64,000 nucleotides of DNA from Phaeosaccion multiseriatum (Eukaryota > Protista > Ochrophyta, other classes). Under the pieces are notes generated by a model, which ran no database searches, was not told where the DNA came from, and saw only the letters and a program-made list of their open reading frames with translations. Below are positions 14,273 to 52,900 of this stretch, piece after piece. Where the stretch lies: assembly GCA_965112735.1 (NCBI GenBank), contig OZ218955.1, positions 2,170,001 through 2,234,000 on the forward strand. Reading direction: 5' to 3'. Positions within the stretch are counted from its first letter, which is position 1, and every line of letters begins with the position of its first letter. The translations under genes and the position numbers were made by a program.

Positions 14273-15910
14273 TGGGGCGATGGGAGGGGCCATTGTCACT
14301 GTCGGGCGCAGAGAACTCTAGGAAAGAGAACAGGGCAGGCATTGGCGTTGGCAGGGACGAAGGACGAAGGGAGAGAGGGGAGGAGGGAGGGGAGGGAGGG
14401 CGTGAAAGAGGAGGGGGGGGGGCAGGCAGGGAGGGATGTCAGGAGGGAGAAGAGGAGATTAGAGGAGAGGCCTCCTGAAGAGCACCAAGTATAAAGCACA
14501 AGCTTCTCTCTCTTCATGGCGGTCGGTGGTCGCAAAGGCCAGGATGGGACTTGGATACTTTCAGGTTCCGTTTCCTTCCTCATCATGCTAACATCGCCCA
14601 TCCACCCATCTGCCCGCCCGCTCCTCTCGTCTTTGTTGCAGGAGAGATGGCTTTTTGACAAGGCGGTCCCTTACCGCCTTCTTCCGTCAGGTGACGGGGC
14701 TGAAAGAAGCAGAGCAGGTGACGGGGCGGAAAGGAGCAAGCGTTAGGGGTAGGGGTGGTGGGCAGGGTCAAGGTCGGGGACAGAAAGAGAGCAAAGAGGA
14801 CCAGCCGCACACAGAAACTAAGGAGGGCCAACCAAAGCCAGAGTCAGAGCCAGCACCATCACAACCAGCAGCAGCACCAGCAGCAGCAGTAGCAGTTGGT
14901 GGTACTGCAGAAGGAGCAGCAAAAGAGCCCTCTCCTGCAGCTCTCGGAGGCCTCAGCCTCAGCCCCAGCCTCAGTCCGACGATGCTGGCGTGGGGCGTAT
15001 GCATGTTGGGCATCGCAGTGGCGGGGCACTTCTCCACACACGCGCACCCCTTCGTGCTCGCAGACAACCGCCACTACACCTTTTATCTGTGGAGCAGGTT
15101 CCTCAGGTGCGAGCAGCGCCGCCGAATGACTTCGAATGAATGACTGGGAGGAAGAATTTGTTGGACTTCCTGTCCGTCCGGGTTGATCAGACCCATTCGG
15201 GGCTGGGGGAGGAGGGGGGGGGGAGAAAGGGAGGGAGGGAGGGAAGGAAGGAGGGAGGGAGGGAGGGAGGGAGGGAGGGAGGGAGGCAGGGAGGGAGGGA
15301 GGGAGGGAGGGAGGGGGATTGCTTGATAGAGTATCCAAATGTCCACATCTCTCTATTGAACACCTACTTCCTTCTTTTCATCGCGGGCACAGGTTTCCGG
15401 TGTTGCGTGCGTGCCTGGCACCCCTGTACGCGTACTCTGCTTGGCTTCTGTGGCACCGCCTACGAGCCGCCCACGCAGCGCCTCTGTGGCTTCTCATCTT
15501 CTCTCTGGCAACGTGTATCGTTCTTGTGCCGCAGCAGCTGCTTGAGCCGAGGTGAGGGGTAGAGGGGGGGAGGGGGGGAGAGGAGGGAAGTGGGGAGGGA
15601 AGAAGGAATGCATCGATTGGAGCTGGAGGGAGAGGAAGTGCTCCACCTCACCTCTTCCTGTCCCTCGTGCTCTGCCCTGCTCTGCTCTGCTCTCCCCAAT
15701 CTCCTCTGCTGTGATGTATACCCCAAACGCAGGTACTTCACCCTCCCCGTGCTCATTCTGCAGCTCCATGCCCCCGAGCGCACTTACAACGACCTGTGGT
15801 GGAGTGGCGTGTGCAGCATTGTGGCCAACGGAGTGCTCGCCTTCGTCTTCCTGTACAGGCCCTTCGAGGGGGAGGGGGAAGGGGAGAGCCTCTCGCGCTT
15901 CATGTGGTAG
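11007..15910 (+). CDS. ALG10: ALG10/DIE2 Dol-P-Glc alpha-1,2-glucosyltransferase
   Basis: Family motifs lie across about 13 exons: [105 protein letters not shown]|YF and FLYRPF...RFMW*. Confidence 0.96.
13660..14048. repeat. Intronic minisatellite built from TGTCTGTCCATA and TGTCTGCCTC subunits (ALG10 intron)
   Basis: Direct tandem repeats of TGTCTGTCCATATGTCTGCCTC with variable extra TGTCTGCCTC units. It produces spurious repeat ORFs (MDRQRQTEADIWT...). Confidence 0.92.
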
Positions 15911-16090
15911 AAGGCCCGGAGAGCGAGCAAGGGAGGAGGGAGGGAGAGAGGGAGGGAGGGAGGGAGCGAGGGAGGGAGGGAGAGGAAGGGAGAGGCAGCA
16001 GGCGCATCGACTTTGGGAAGGGTAGGGCATGCAGTACCAATCCAAGTCACAGACTGCTGCAGAGGTCGAGGGCATACAAATCATTTCCAT

Positions 16091-16426
16091 ATGCCTCTAC
16101 CAACCGCTGAACCGACGCTAGCCCCGATAGCAGCTCCAACAGCAGCTCCAGTAGCAAGTCCAGCATCGCCACCCAGCGGCGTTGACGCTCTCTTGGCAAT
16201 CTACGGCGAAGCAGGAGGGAACGGATGGACGGGGTCCGCTGAAGACGACTGGGTGGAGCAAGGCCTCCCATGCTCGGAGCTTGATCTCTCCGGCGATGCG
16301 CTGGAGGGACTGACGCTGGAGGTACTGACGCTGGAGGGACCAGCCTGTCCCCATGGAGTGGTGCGCACTCTTACAGTCGGTCTCACTCTCCGTGAAAGCA
16401 ATCGGCTCTGTTTGCCTGTCGGCTGA
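16091..16426 (+). pseudogene. Decayed fragment of a PT-repeat/LRR N-cap receptor-like gene
   Basis: The sequence reads PTAEPTLAPIAAPTAAP (PT repeats), then DALLAIYGEAGGNGWTGSAEDDW...PC (LRRNT_2-like cap), then ELDLSGDALEG. A 15-bp tandem duplication follows, and a frameshifted PVPMEWCAL resembles LRR 'xxPxExxxL'. There is no signal peptide and no further LRRs. Confidence 0.6.
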
Positions 16427-16449
16427 GGCCAGTTTTCTAGTTAATTACG

Positions 16450-16694
16450 TTCAACTCCCTCTACGGTTACGGCTTGAGTCTGAGGCAGAAGGGGTGCCCG
16501 ATGTCCACCTCTCACCGCACGACCTGTCCATGGCCCTGCTGGGCGGAGGCGGTGGCAGTGACAGTGAGCTGCGCATCAGCGCTGGGCCTGAGCTCTTGCT
16601 CACACCGCTGCTGCTCCATCCTACGGAGAGAAGAGGGGAGAGGGGGTCGTCAGGCACGCGCCACGCTCAGCAAGAGGGACCTGGTGGCAGGGTC
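16450..16694 (-). repeat. Inverted dispersed copy of 58767-59022 (last-intron end, terminal exon and start of 3' UTR of the 47.5-59 kb gene)
   Basis: About 245 bp is identical apart from roughly 4 substitutions and two short indels (9 bp and 2 bp). Confidence 0.95.
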
Positions 16695-16881
16695 GGGCAC
16701 CCACACACTCATTCACTCAAAAACGCACGCACGCACGTACGTACGCACGCACACACACGCACGCACGTACGTGCACACACACACACACGCACACACACTC
16801 ACCCATTTGGACGCATGACTAGCTGGCGCCTTCCCATGAAGCACTGCAAAGCATTGCAGGGTCGAAGAGTCGCGCCCCACC

Positions 16882-17874
16882 TCAAGGGTAGGAGCAGTGC
16901 TTGTCTGCAACCAACAAAGTCGCGTTGTGGGGCGGCAAGTGCAGGTCAAAGTGTCTTGCTGACTGCGCAAAGAGTGCAGGTTTGAAGATTGCAGTTACGA
17001 ATTTCTGTACAGCCTGGCCGACCAAATCGTAAATGTATTCGTATCGCCCAGCCTTGATAGGGCAACCCCAGCCCCAAGGCCCAATACTCGGACAACCTGT
17101 GTCGGTGAATGTACAGTGGTTGATCCTCTGGCCTGTAGTAGTAGGGGGGTTACGGAGCTCGTACAGCACACGACGGCAAGGGTTCGTGCTCTTGTATGCT
17201 CCAAGGGCAGCGATGGGAGGGTCCACAAGGCAGGTCTGATTCTCAAAGCCAAACGAAAGACTGGGCAGATTCTTCGCGATCGGAAAAGGTCCCCTTCCGC
17301 GGCACAAATTGTTTGTAAGGAACCCAGTCGTGTTCAGATCGTCAGAGCAGATCCACCACGGATCGAGGCCTACAAAGCCAATGGGTTTGAAAGACAGGCT
17401 CTCAGTAGTAGCAGCAGAGAGAAAGGCAGCTCGGCCGCTCGCAGAGTGTCCTCCAATCAAAACCAAAGGTTTTCTACCATCAGATACCTTGGTCTTGTTA
17501 CATTCCACGATATTAGCCACACTCTCGTATACATGATTGACCAAGCCCCTGTACTTTTCTGCGTCGTACTTGGCAGGCCACCCCGGGTTGGCATCTCCAA
17601 AGATGACTGTCATATCCGTGTTATGCGCCAGGACGGAGTGCGCAATCTTGTGATAATCATCGACGGACATGGCCGTACCCACCCCAAGAAACAGCAGAAG
17701 CTTGCATGGATCAGCGGCCGGGTCTGTGCGATACCAGTAGCGGGCTTTCCCCTTTCCCTTGAAGGTCTCCTTCTTCGTTTCGATGGAGGGGCAGTCCGCG
17801 TCCAGCAGAGATATAGCGGGTTGTGCAAACAGCACCACCACGGCGGTACACACGGTGGCGACAAAACACTTCAT
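16882..17874 (-). CDS. Secreted alpha/beta hydrolase, chlorophyllase-like; CDS intronless (330 aa)
   Basis: Signal peptide MKCFVATVCTAVVVLFAQPAIS, oxyanion-region LGVGTAM, nucleophile elbow IGGHSASG, GLDP (catalytic Asp region as in chlorophyllases) and NHCTFTD (His). Cys-rich and free of low-complexity tracts. Confidence 0.85.
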   Translation of the reverse strand: MKCFVATVCTAVVVLFAQPAISLLDADCPSIETKKETFKGKGKARYWYRTDPAADPCKLLLFLGVGTAMSVDDYHKIAHSVLAHNTDMTVIFGDANPGWPAKYDAEKYRGLVNHVYESVANIVECNKTKVSDGRKPLVLIGGHSASGRAAFLSAATTESLSFKPIGFVGLDPWWICSDDLNTTGFLTNNLCRGRGPFPIAKNLPSLSFGFENQTCLVDPPIAALGAYKSTNPCRRVLYELRNPPTTTGQRINHCTFTDTGCPSIGPWGWGCPIKAGRYEYIYDLVGQAVQKFVTAIFKPALFAQSARHFDLHLPPHNATLLVADKHCSYP

Positions 17875-18251
17875 TCAAGAAGAGGGAGAGGAGTTTTTTT
17901 TCCTTTTTTCTCTTTTGAGAGAGCGAGAGAGAGGGGAGTGGTAAGTGGCTTTTGTTCTTTGGTGACTTACGAAATCTGTTTCCCTCCTCTCCCTTTCTCA
18001 CACACACACACACACACACTTTCACACTTTCAGTTTCTTGGGTGATTCCTATGAAGTCAATAAAGTCCTCTCCCTTTCTCCTCTTTGTGTGTGACCCTTA
18101 CATTCGTTTGTGATGATTTAATTACAATTGAGCAGTGCGCTTGGGGAGCGGACTACTCGGTATTATGTGCCCCAAGATCTTACGAAGGGAAGGCGCCGAA
18201 ACGTCGAGAGCGTCGGCCCTCTTCCTCCTCCACTGCTCACTGCTCCCCTCC

Positions 18252-47203
<28,952 letters not shown>

Positions 47204-47513
47204 GGCGGCTCTCTCACGCTACATGGGTGAATGAGTCCCTCCTCCGTGGGCAACTCCCGCCCCCTGTTGTTGTTTTCTTTGTCTTCTTTGATCGAAGAGG
47301 GGGCGGAGGGAGGCCTGCCTAAGAGTAAAACCTTGACGCACGCCCAAACTGAAACGCAAACCCTGAAACGTCGGGTTAGCCCGATGAAGGGAGAAGAGAG
47401 GCGGGTCCTGAAAGGAGGAGGATGACCACTAGTAGTGAAAGGACACGGGTGCCTCCTTCTTTCGCTTCCCATTGAAAAATCTCGATTTACTATTGCGCCT
47501 TGAGGTGAGCATC
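47204..47513. promoter_or_regulatory. Probable bidirectional promoter between VPS13 and the large + strand gene
   Basis: Divergent ATGs lie only 310 bp apart (47203 on -, 47514 on +). Confidence 0.6.
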
Positions 47514-49962
47514 ATGGAGAGGGCGGCAGGAGGGACAGAAGCCTCTGCTGCTCGAGGGGAAGGCATTGAGCAGCTTCATCGTCAGCGAAAGGAGGAGGGG
47601 GTGGAGAGCCAGGAGCTGGCGGACAGGGTGCTGAGAAAGAGACAGAATCATCGACTCAGGTAAGTACCAGGCTTGACAAATCACTTTGTCTCGTCGCTCG
47701 AAGCAGGCCCGCCATCGTCCCTCCCTTTCTGAGGCTGGGATCCTCCCCTCACTTGTCTGCCAAGCAGATTTCAGAGCCAAGTTGCGGCCGGTGAGACTCA
47801 TAGGAGAGGCAGGAGTAGAGAGCTTGAAATCCTCCGAGATGCCCCGGCTGCGCAGCAAGAGGGTGTCACAGCTACGGCCGCCGACCTCGCTCGCGTAGCT
47901 CCTTCTGAAAGTACCGCTGAGGCTCGGAGAGATGAGGAGGGGGGAGGAGAGGAGCACTCAAGCCCCCCCCTTCTTCTTGGGCCCGAAGAAGGCTACAATC
48001 CGATAGAGCTTGGAGGTCCAGGAGGAGGGAAGCGGAACGGTGATGCACCAGAGGATGATCCCATCGAGGAGAGTGAGAATGACCAAGAGCTGAAGGAGCA
48101 GAGACAGCAGGCGGAGCGAGAGCAGGAAGACAGATTGGCGGAGCAACATACCCGAACGGAAGAGCAAGAACAAGAAGAGGGGCAAGAGGGGAAATTAGAA
48201 GAGGAAGAACTGGAGGCAGAGGCAGGGGAAGAGGCAGAAAAGCATGCACAAATTGCTGAACGTAGCGCCCTGATTGAGGGACTAGAAGAGCCCTTGCGTG
48301 CGAACAAGGGTGCGGCAACAGCGGAGGCAGACGACCATCAAGAGCGTTGGGGGGTGGAAGAAGCTGCGGGGGACAGAGAGGTGGGGGACCACAACGACTG
48401 GGATAAGAAGGAGGAGGGGGAGGAGGCGAGGGAGGAGGCGAGGGAGGAGGAGGAGGAGGAGGAGGAGGAGGAGGAGGAGTCACTGGCCCTGCAGCTGCGT
48501 AGCGAAGGCTCAGACTCAGACTCAGACGGGACGGACGACGGCGACGAGCTGCACAACTCGCACCAGGGCGGCGGCTCGGACTGGGGGGCGGGCTCTGAGG
48601 AGGGGTCCGAGGAGGACTGGATCTTCGAAGAGGGGGCACAGTTCGAGCATGAGAAGAGGGCATTACTCCGGCAGTGGGAGCTTGATGAACAAGAGGAGCG
48701 GCAGCGTCGCCTCCAGCAGCAAGAGAGGCAGCGCCAGGTGCAGCTGCACCAGCGAGAAGCGCGGGCACGCCATGTGCAGCGCCACCAGCAGCAGGCACAC
48801 AGACAGCAGCTCAGGGCCCTGCACAGCAAGGCGGGGGGTTTCGAGCACCAGCTTCCCCATGTGACCCCTCTGCCTAAGCCTACCTCGCCTCTTCGTGTGG
48901 CAGGCCCTCCGATGGGCTTGTGCCTCACCAGCCCAGGGAGGAGCGGCGGCGGTGCGAGTGACCTTGCTACTACTGCTACTGGTGCTGCTGGTGGTAGTGG
49001 TGGTGGTGGTGGTGCTACGGCTCCGGTAGGTCTGAGCGGCGGCCCTTCCTTCTTTTCGAGCACGGCGGGCTGCTTCACCACGAACAACAACAACGACAAG
49101 GCGATGGGCGACTTCCTGGGGCTGACGCTCAAGTACAGTCCCGACGGCACCGTCATGGAGTCCAGCATTGTGGACGCCGTCACCCGCACTTCCCCTATGC
49201 ATCGAGAGCGAAGATGGCACCCAAAGGCCCCGCTGCCGCTTCAAGCGAGGAACCTCCAACTTGAGCCCAAGGTCACGACCTTTGGCCCGCCACGCACGGA
49301 CGGGCGCTCGAACGACAAGGCCTGGGCGGGGCAGACGGTGGTGTACCATGGTGCAGACGGGACAGAACGGTCTCCGCCGACGAGGACGCCGCCAGCATCC
49401 GCCCCTTCCTCTTGCCCTTCCCCTTGCTCGCCGCTGTCCTGGAAGGGGAAGGGGAGGGGAAAGGGGAAGGGCGGTGCTTTGCTAGGCATGGCCACACCCC
49501 CTCCTCCTTCTCCTACGACGACGACGACAGGTGAAGGTGAAGGTGCAGGTGCAGGCAGTCCCCGCCCCGTGCGGAAGGAGCCCCTCCTCATCTCCAGCCC
49601 GGTGCCTGTGGGCGCGGCGCTGTCCTCCACCCTACTCAACAAGGCGAGGGCGAGCACCAACAGCAGCAGGGTCCGGGTGAACCCCCCCATGACGGCTGAG
49701 GCAAGTCATCAACCCAAGCAAGCGGGGGCTAACATGGGCTCCAACACCTTTGGGACGAGCCACGTGCTTATCGGTGAGACGCTGCCCCAGCCGTCCCCCA
49801 CGCGGAGGCTGGAGGGGCGCGGGCGAGGGAGGGGGGGCGGGATCGAGGCAGCAGGCCGGAGTCGTGCCAGTACCAATGGTCACTGGACGGCGGCAGCGCA
49901 CTCAGAAGGCCTGACGATGGCGAGCATCTTCGGCCAGGAGAGTGCCCTCCCTCAGCAGCAAC

Positions 49963-49996
<34 letters not shown>

Positions 49997-52900
49997 GCAG
50001 CAGCGGCAGCAGCGGCAGCGAGAGCAGCGAGAGCAGCGAGAGCAGCACCAGCAACATCAACAGCAGCCCCGGCAAGGGAAGCCCACTCTGCAGCGAAAAG
50101 GTAGCTATAGCTTCGGCAGAGACTCGTCCGTGGTCGGCAACGGCCTGCCTCACGCGGAGCTGAAGCGCCTCGTCATGAAGCAGCGCCTGGGCAGGGACGT
50201 GGGGGAGAACGGAGCGGTGCAGGACGAGGTGGGGGGGGAGGCACATGCCTTCGACGACAGAGGCGAGATCGCACCCATCCTTCGCTTCCTTCGAGAGGGC
50301 CAACAGCAGCGGCAGCAGCAGCAGCAGCAGCAGCAGGACGGTGACTTGCGAGAAGGAGAGGAGCGAGGAGCTACGAACACCCAGGCAACGGAAGGCTTCA
50401 ACGGGCCGAGGCGGCAGCGAAGCCAGGAGCACAAGGAGGGACGACCAAGTCCGCAAGAGTGCGTCCGAAGCGCGGACACCACGACGACGCCCCGCCCCCC
50501 CGCCTCCGCCCCCACCCCCTCTGCTGACTTACTGCTCCCCGACGGGAGTACATGGGCGGCGGACGATGCCACACACGCCTTTACAGAGTACCTGGCGGCA
50601 GGTGAGGCGCTCTCTCTATGTGTGTGTGTGTGTGTGTGCGTCGGAGTCCACTCACCACTCCACCACCACGGCGGGCCCGCTCTGGGACAAGCAAGCAAAA
50701 AGCGTGTTGGAAGGAAGGGCACTGACCCTTCGCTCTCTACCCTGTCTTCCTGCTCCCTCCTCCCCCTCCTCTCCCTCCCTCCCCCCAAGGCAAGCTGCAG
50801 GCCCCGTACGTGGACAACTTTGTCGAGCTGGTCGCTTCCGCGCTGGCCGACGGCCTCTTGCCTGTCGGACTTGGGACTCATGATACGGTACCCAAACGTA
50901 CGAGGCAGCAAGAGGAGGAGCCACCACAGACATGTCAGTCGGGGCCGCTGACCCTTCCTGAAGTCCTGATGCAGCGTCTAAGGCAGAAGGTCAAGCAGCT
51001 GCACACTCTCTGTCCGGATCCTACCTGCCCGCCGCCGCGGCCGCCGCCCCCCACCCTCCCACACGGCAGTCACCAAAGGGACTCCCTCAGCCACAGCCCA
51101 AGCTCCCATGCTCCTCCCAGAAGCGGTGGGGGCGGGAAAGAGGCGAAGGAACAAGAGGAGGGGGAGCAGCAGCAGGGGGAGCCGCAGCAGGGGCAGGAGC
51201 ACGCGGAGGAGGAGGAGGAGGAGGAGGAGGAGGAGGAGGAGCAGGAGCAGGAGCAGGAGCAGGCGGAGGAGCAGCAGGAGGAGCAGCAGCAGCGGGAGGA
51301 GGTGGAAGAGGACGACGATGACGAGAGGGCTACCGACGCGGAGTCCTGCACCGGAAGTGTCGAGCAGGACCTTGACTTGATGAGAACCTTGGACGAAGCC
51401 TACGACTCCAAGCAGGAGCAGGAGAAGGAGGAGGAGGAGGAGGAGGAGCAGCAGCAGCGGGAGGAGGACGGCCCGGGGGGGGGGCAGGACACCCGGGGGG
51501 TGGAGCAGAGGGACTACAGCAAGAAGAAGCAGAGGGCGGGCCGCCATCCAATGTTCTCCCCCCTTGAGGCAGAGGCCGGGGCTGGAGCTGGGGCGGCGCT
51601 GTCGAGCGGCCTTGGCAGTGCGGGTGGTGCGGCGCTCGTGGCGGTGGTAACGGTTCCTTCTGCTGCTTCTCCTTCACTACGGAGGGCGGCGGCAGCGGCG
51701 GTCCCTCCTTCAGCTACGGGGCCTTTCTCCCCTCGGCCGCAGCACCAGCAGCAGTTGGTGATACAGCAAGGAGCGTCGTCTCAAGCAGCCCCTGCCCCTG
51801 CCTCTCCTGCAGGCTCCTCCCCCATGCCCCTACAGGCCTCCATGCGGCTCGCGAATAGGTAAGGAGAGAGGGGGCGTAGGAGAGGGGGAGGGGGCATTGG
51901 GAGGCAGGGAAGGAAGGAAGGAAGGAGGGAGAGAGAGAGAAGGGGGGGCATTCTAAAGCTTCTCCTTTCTCTCGGCCTTTCAAAGCGGGGCTTGCTTGCT
52001 TGCTTCCTTGCTTCTGCTTCCGCCGCAAAGAGGACAGAAGCGATATTCAGAAGCCCTCTAGTCATGTCTAAATGTCTCTTCCGTTGATTTGTCACGCTTG
52101 CCTTGTCGTCATTTGTCGTCGCTTGCCGTGGTCCCTCTCCCCCCCTGGGAACACTGACAGGCTAGTGAAGGAGAAGATCCGGCTGCGAGAGGAGCAGCAC
52201 CGCAAGCAGCAGGACAGGCTACAGAGGCGCCGCTCTGCGCACCAAGCGAGGCAACAGCGGCGCGAGGAACAGCAGCACCAGGTACGTGTGTATGTGTGTG
52301 TGTGCGTGTGTGCGTGTGTGCGTGTGTGCGTGTGTTCGTGTGTGCGTGCATGTGCGTGTGTCTGTATGGGTATGGGGCTGTCGGGACAGTCTGCGAGCAG
52401 TAAGTTGATGCTGCCACTTGCTTCCGCCTCGGCTCTGGTGCTCCCACGCCTCAGGCCGAATTACGCAAGCAGCAACCGCAGCAGAAGCAGCAGGAACGGC
52501 AGCAGCAGCAGCAGCAGCAGCAGCAGGGTCAGAGTCAGGGTCAGGAAGGGCAGATGAGCAGGCTTACAGCTGCCACGATGAAGCGGAGAGCAGCCACCGC
52601 CGAGCGGAAAGGTGCCCAACCGAGGCGCCCCACGAGGCCCAGCCACGCGGTAGTGAGTAGCGCCTCGCCCTACCCGCTCACAGTTGCCCGAGGGGGACGG
52701 CTCGTGGGCAGCCCCGGCAGTAAATGCAAAGCCAAAGCCAAGGGTGGGAATGAGGTCCTTTCCTCGTCCGGCGCTGCTATTGCCGCCTCTTCCCCCCTCT
52801 CCAAGTCTCCCTCGGTGGGCCGCCCTTCGAGTACGCTGCCCTCGAAGGCAGCAGCGACAGGAGCAGCAGCAGCTGTAGCAATTGGTGATACAGCAGCAGT

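Noticed and set aside
13464-14321. Repeat-protein ORFs (MDRQRQTEADIW..., CPYVCLCL...) and a CRISPR-like appearance
   Set aside because: This is an intronic minisatellite inside ALG10 with no unique spacers and no cas genes, in a eukaryotic context.
16410-16441. CTAG|T next to captured gene fragments, suggesting a Helitron 3' end
   Set aside because: There is no convincing subterminal hairpin and no identifiable 5' TC end or Rep/helicase.
17116-18045. 309-aa + strand ORF
   Set aside because: It is the antisense shadow of the hydrolase, which carries the recognisable motifs.
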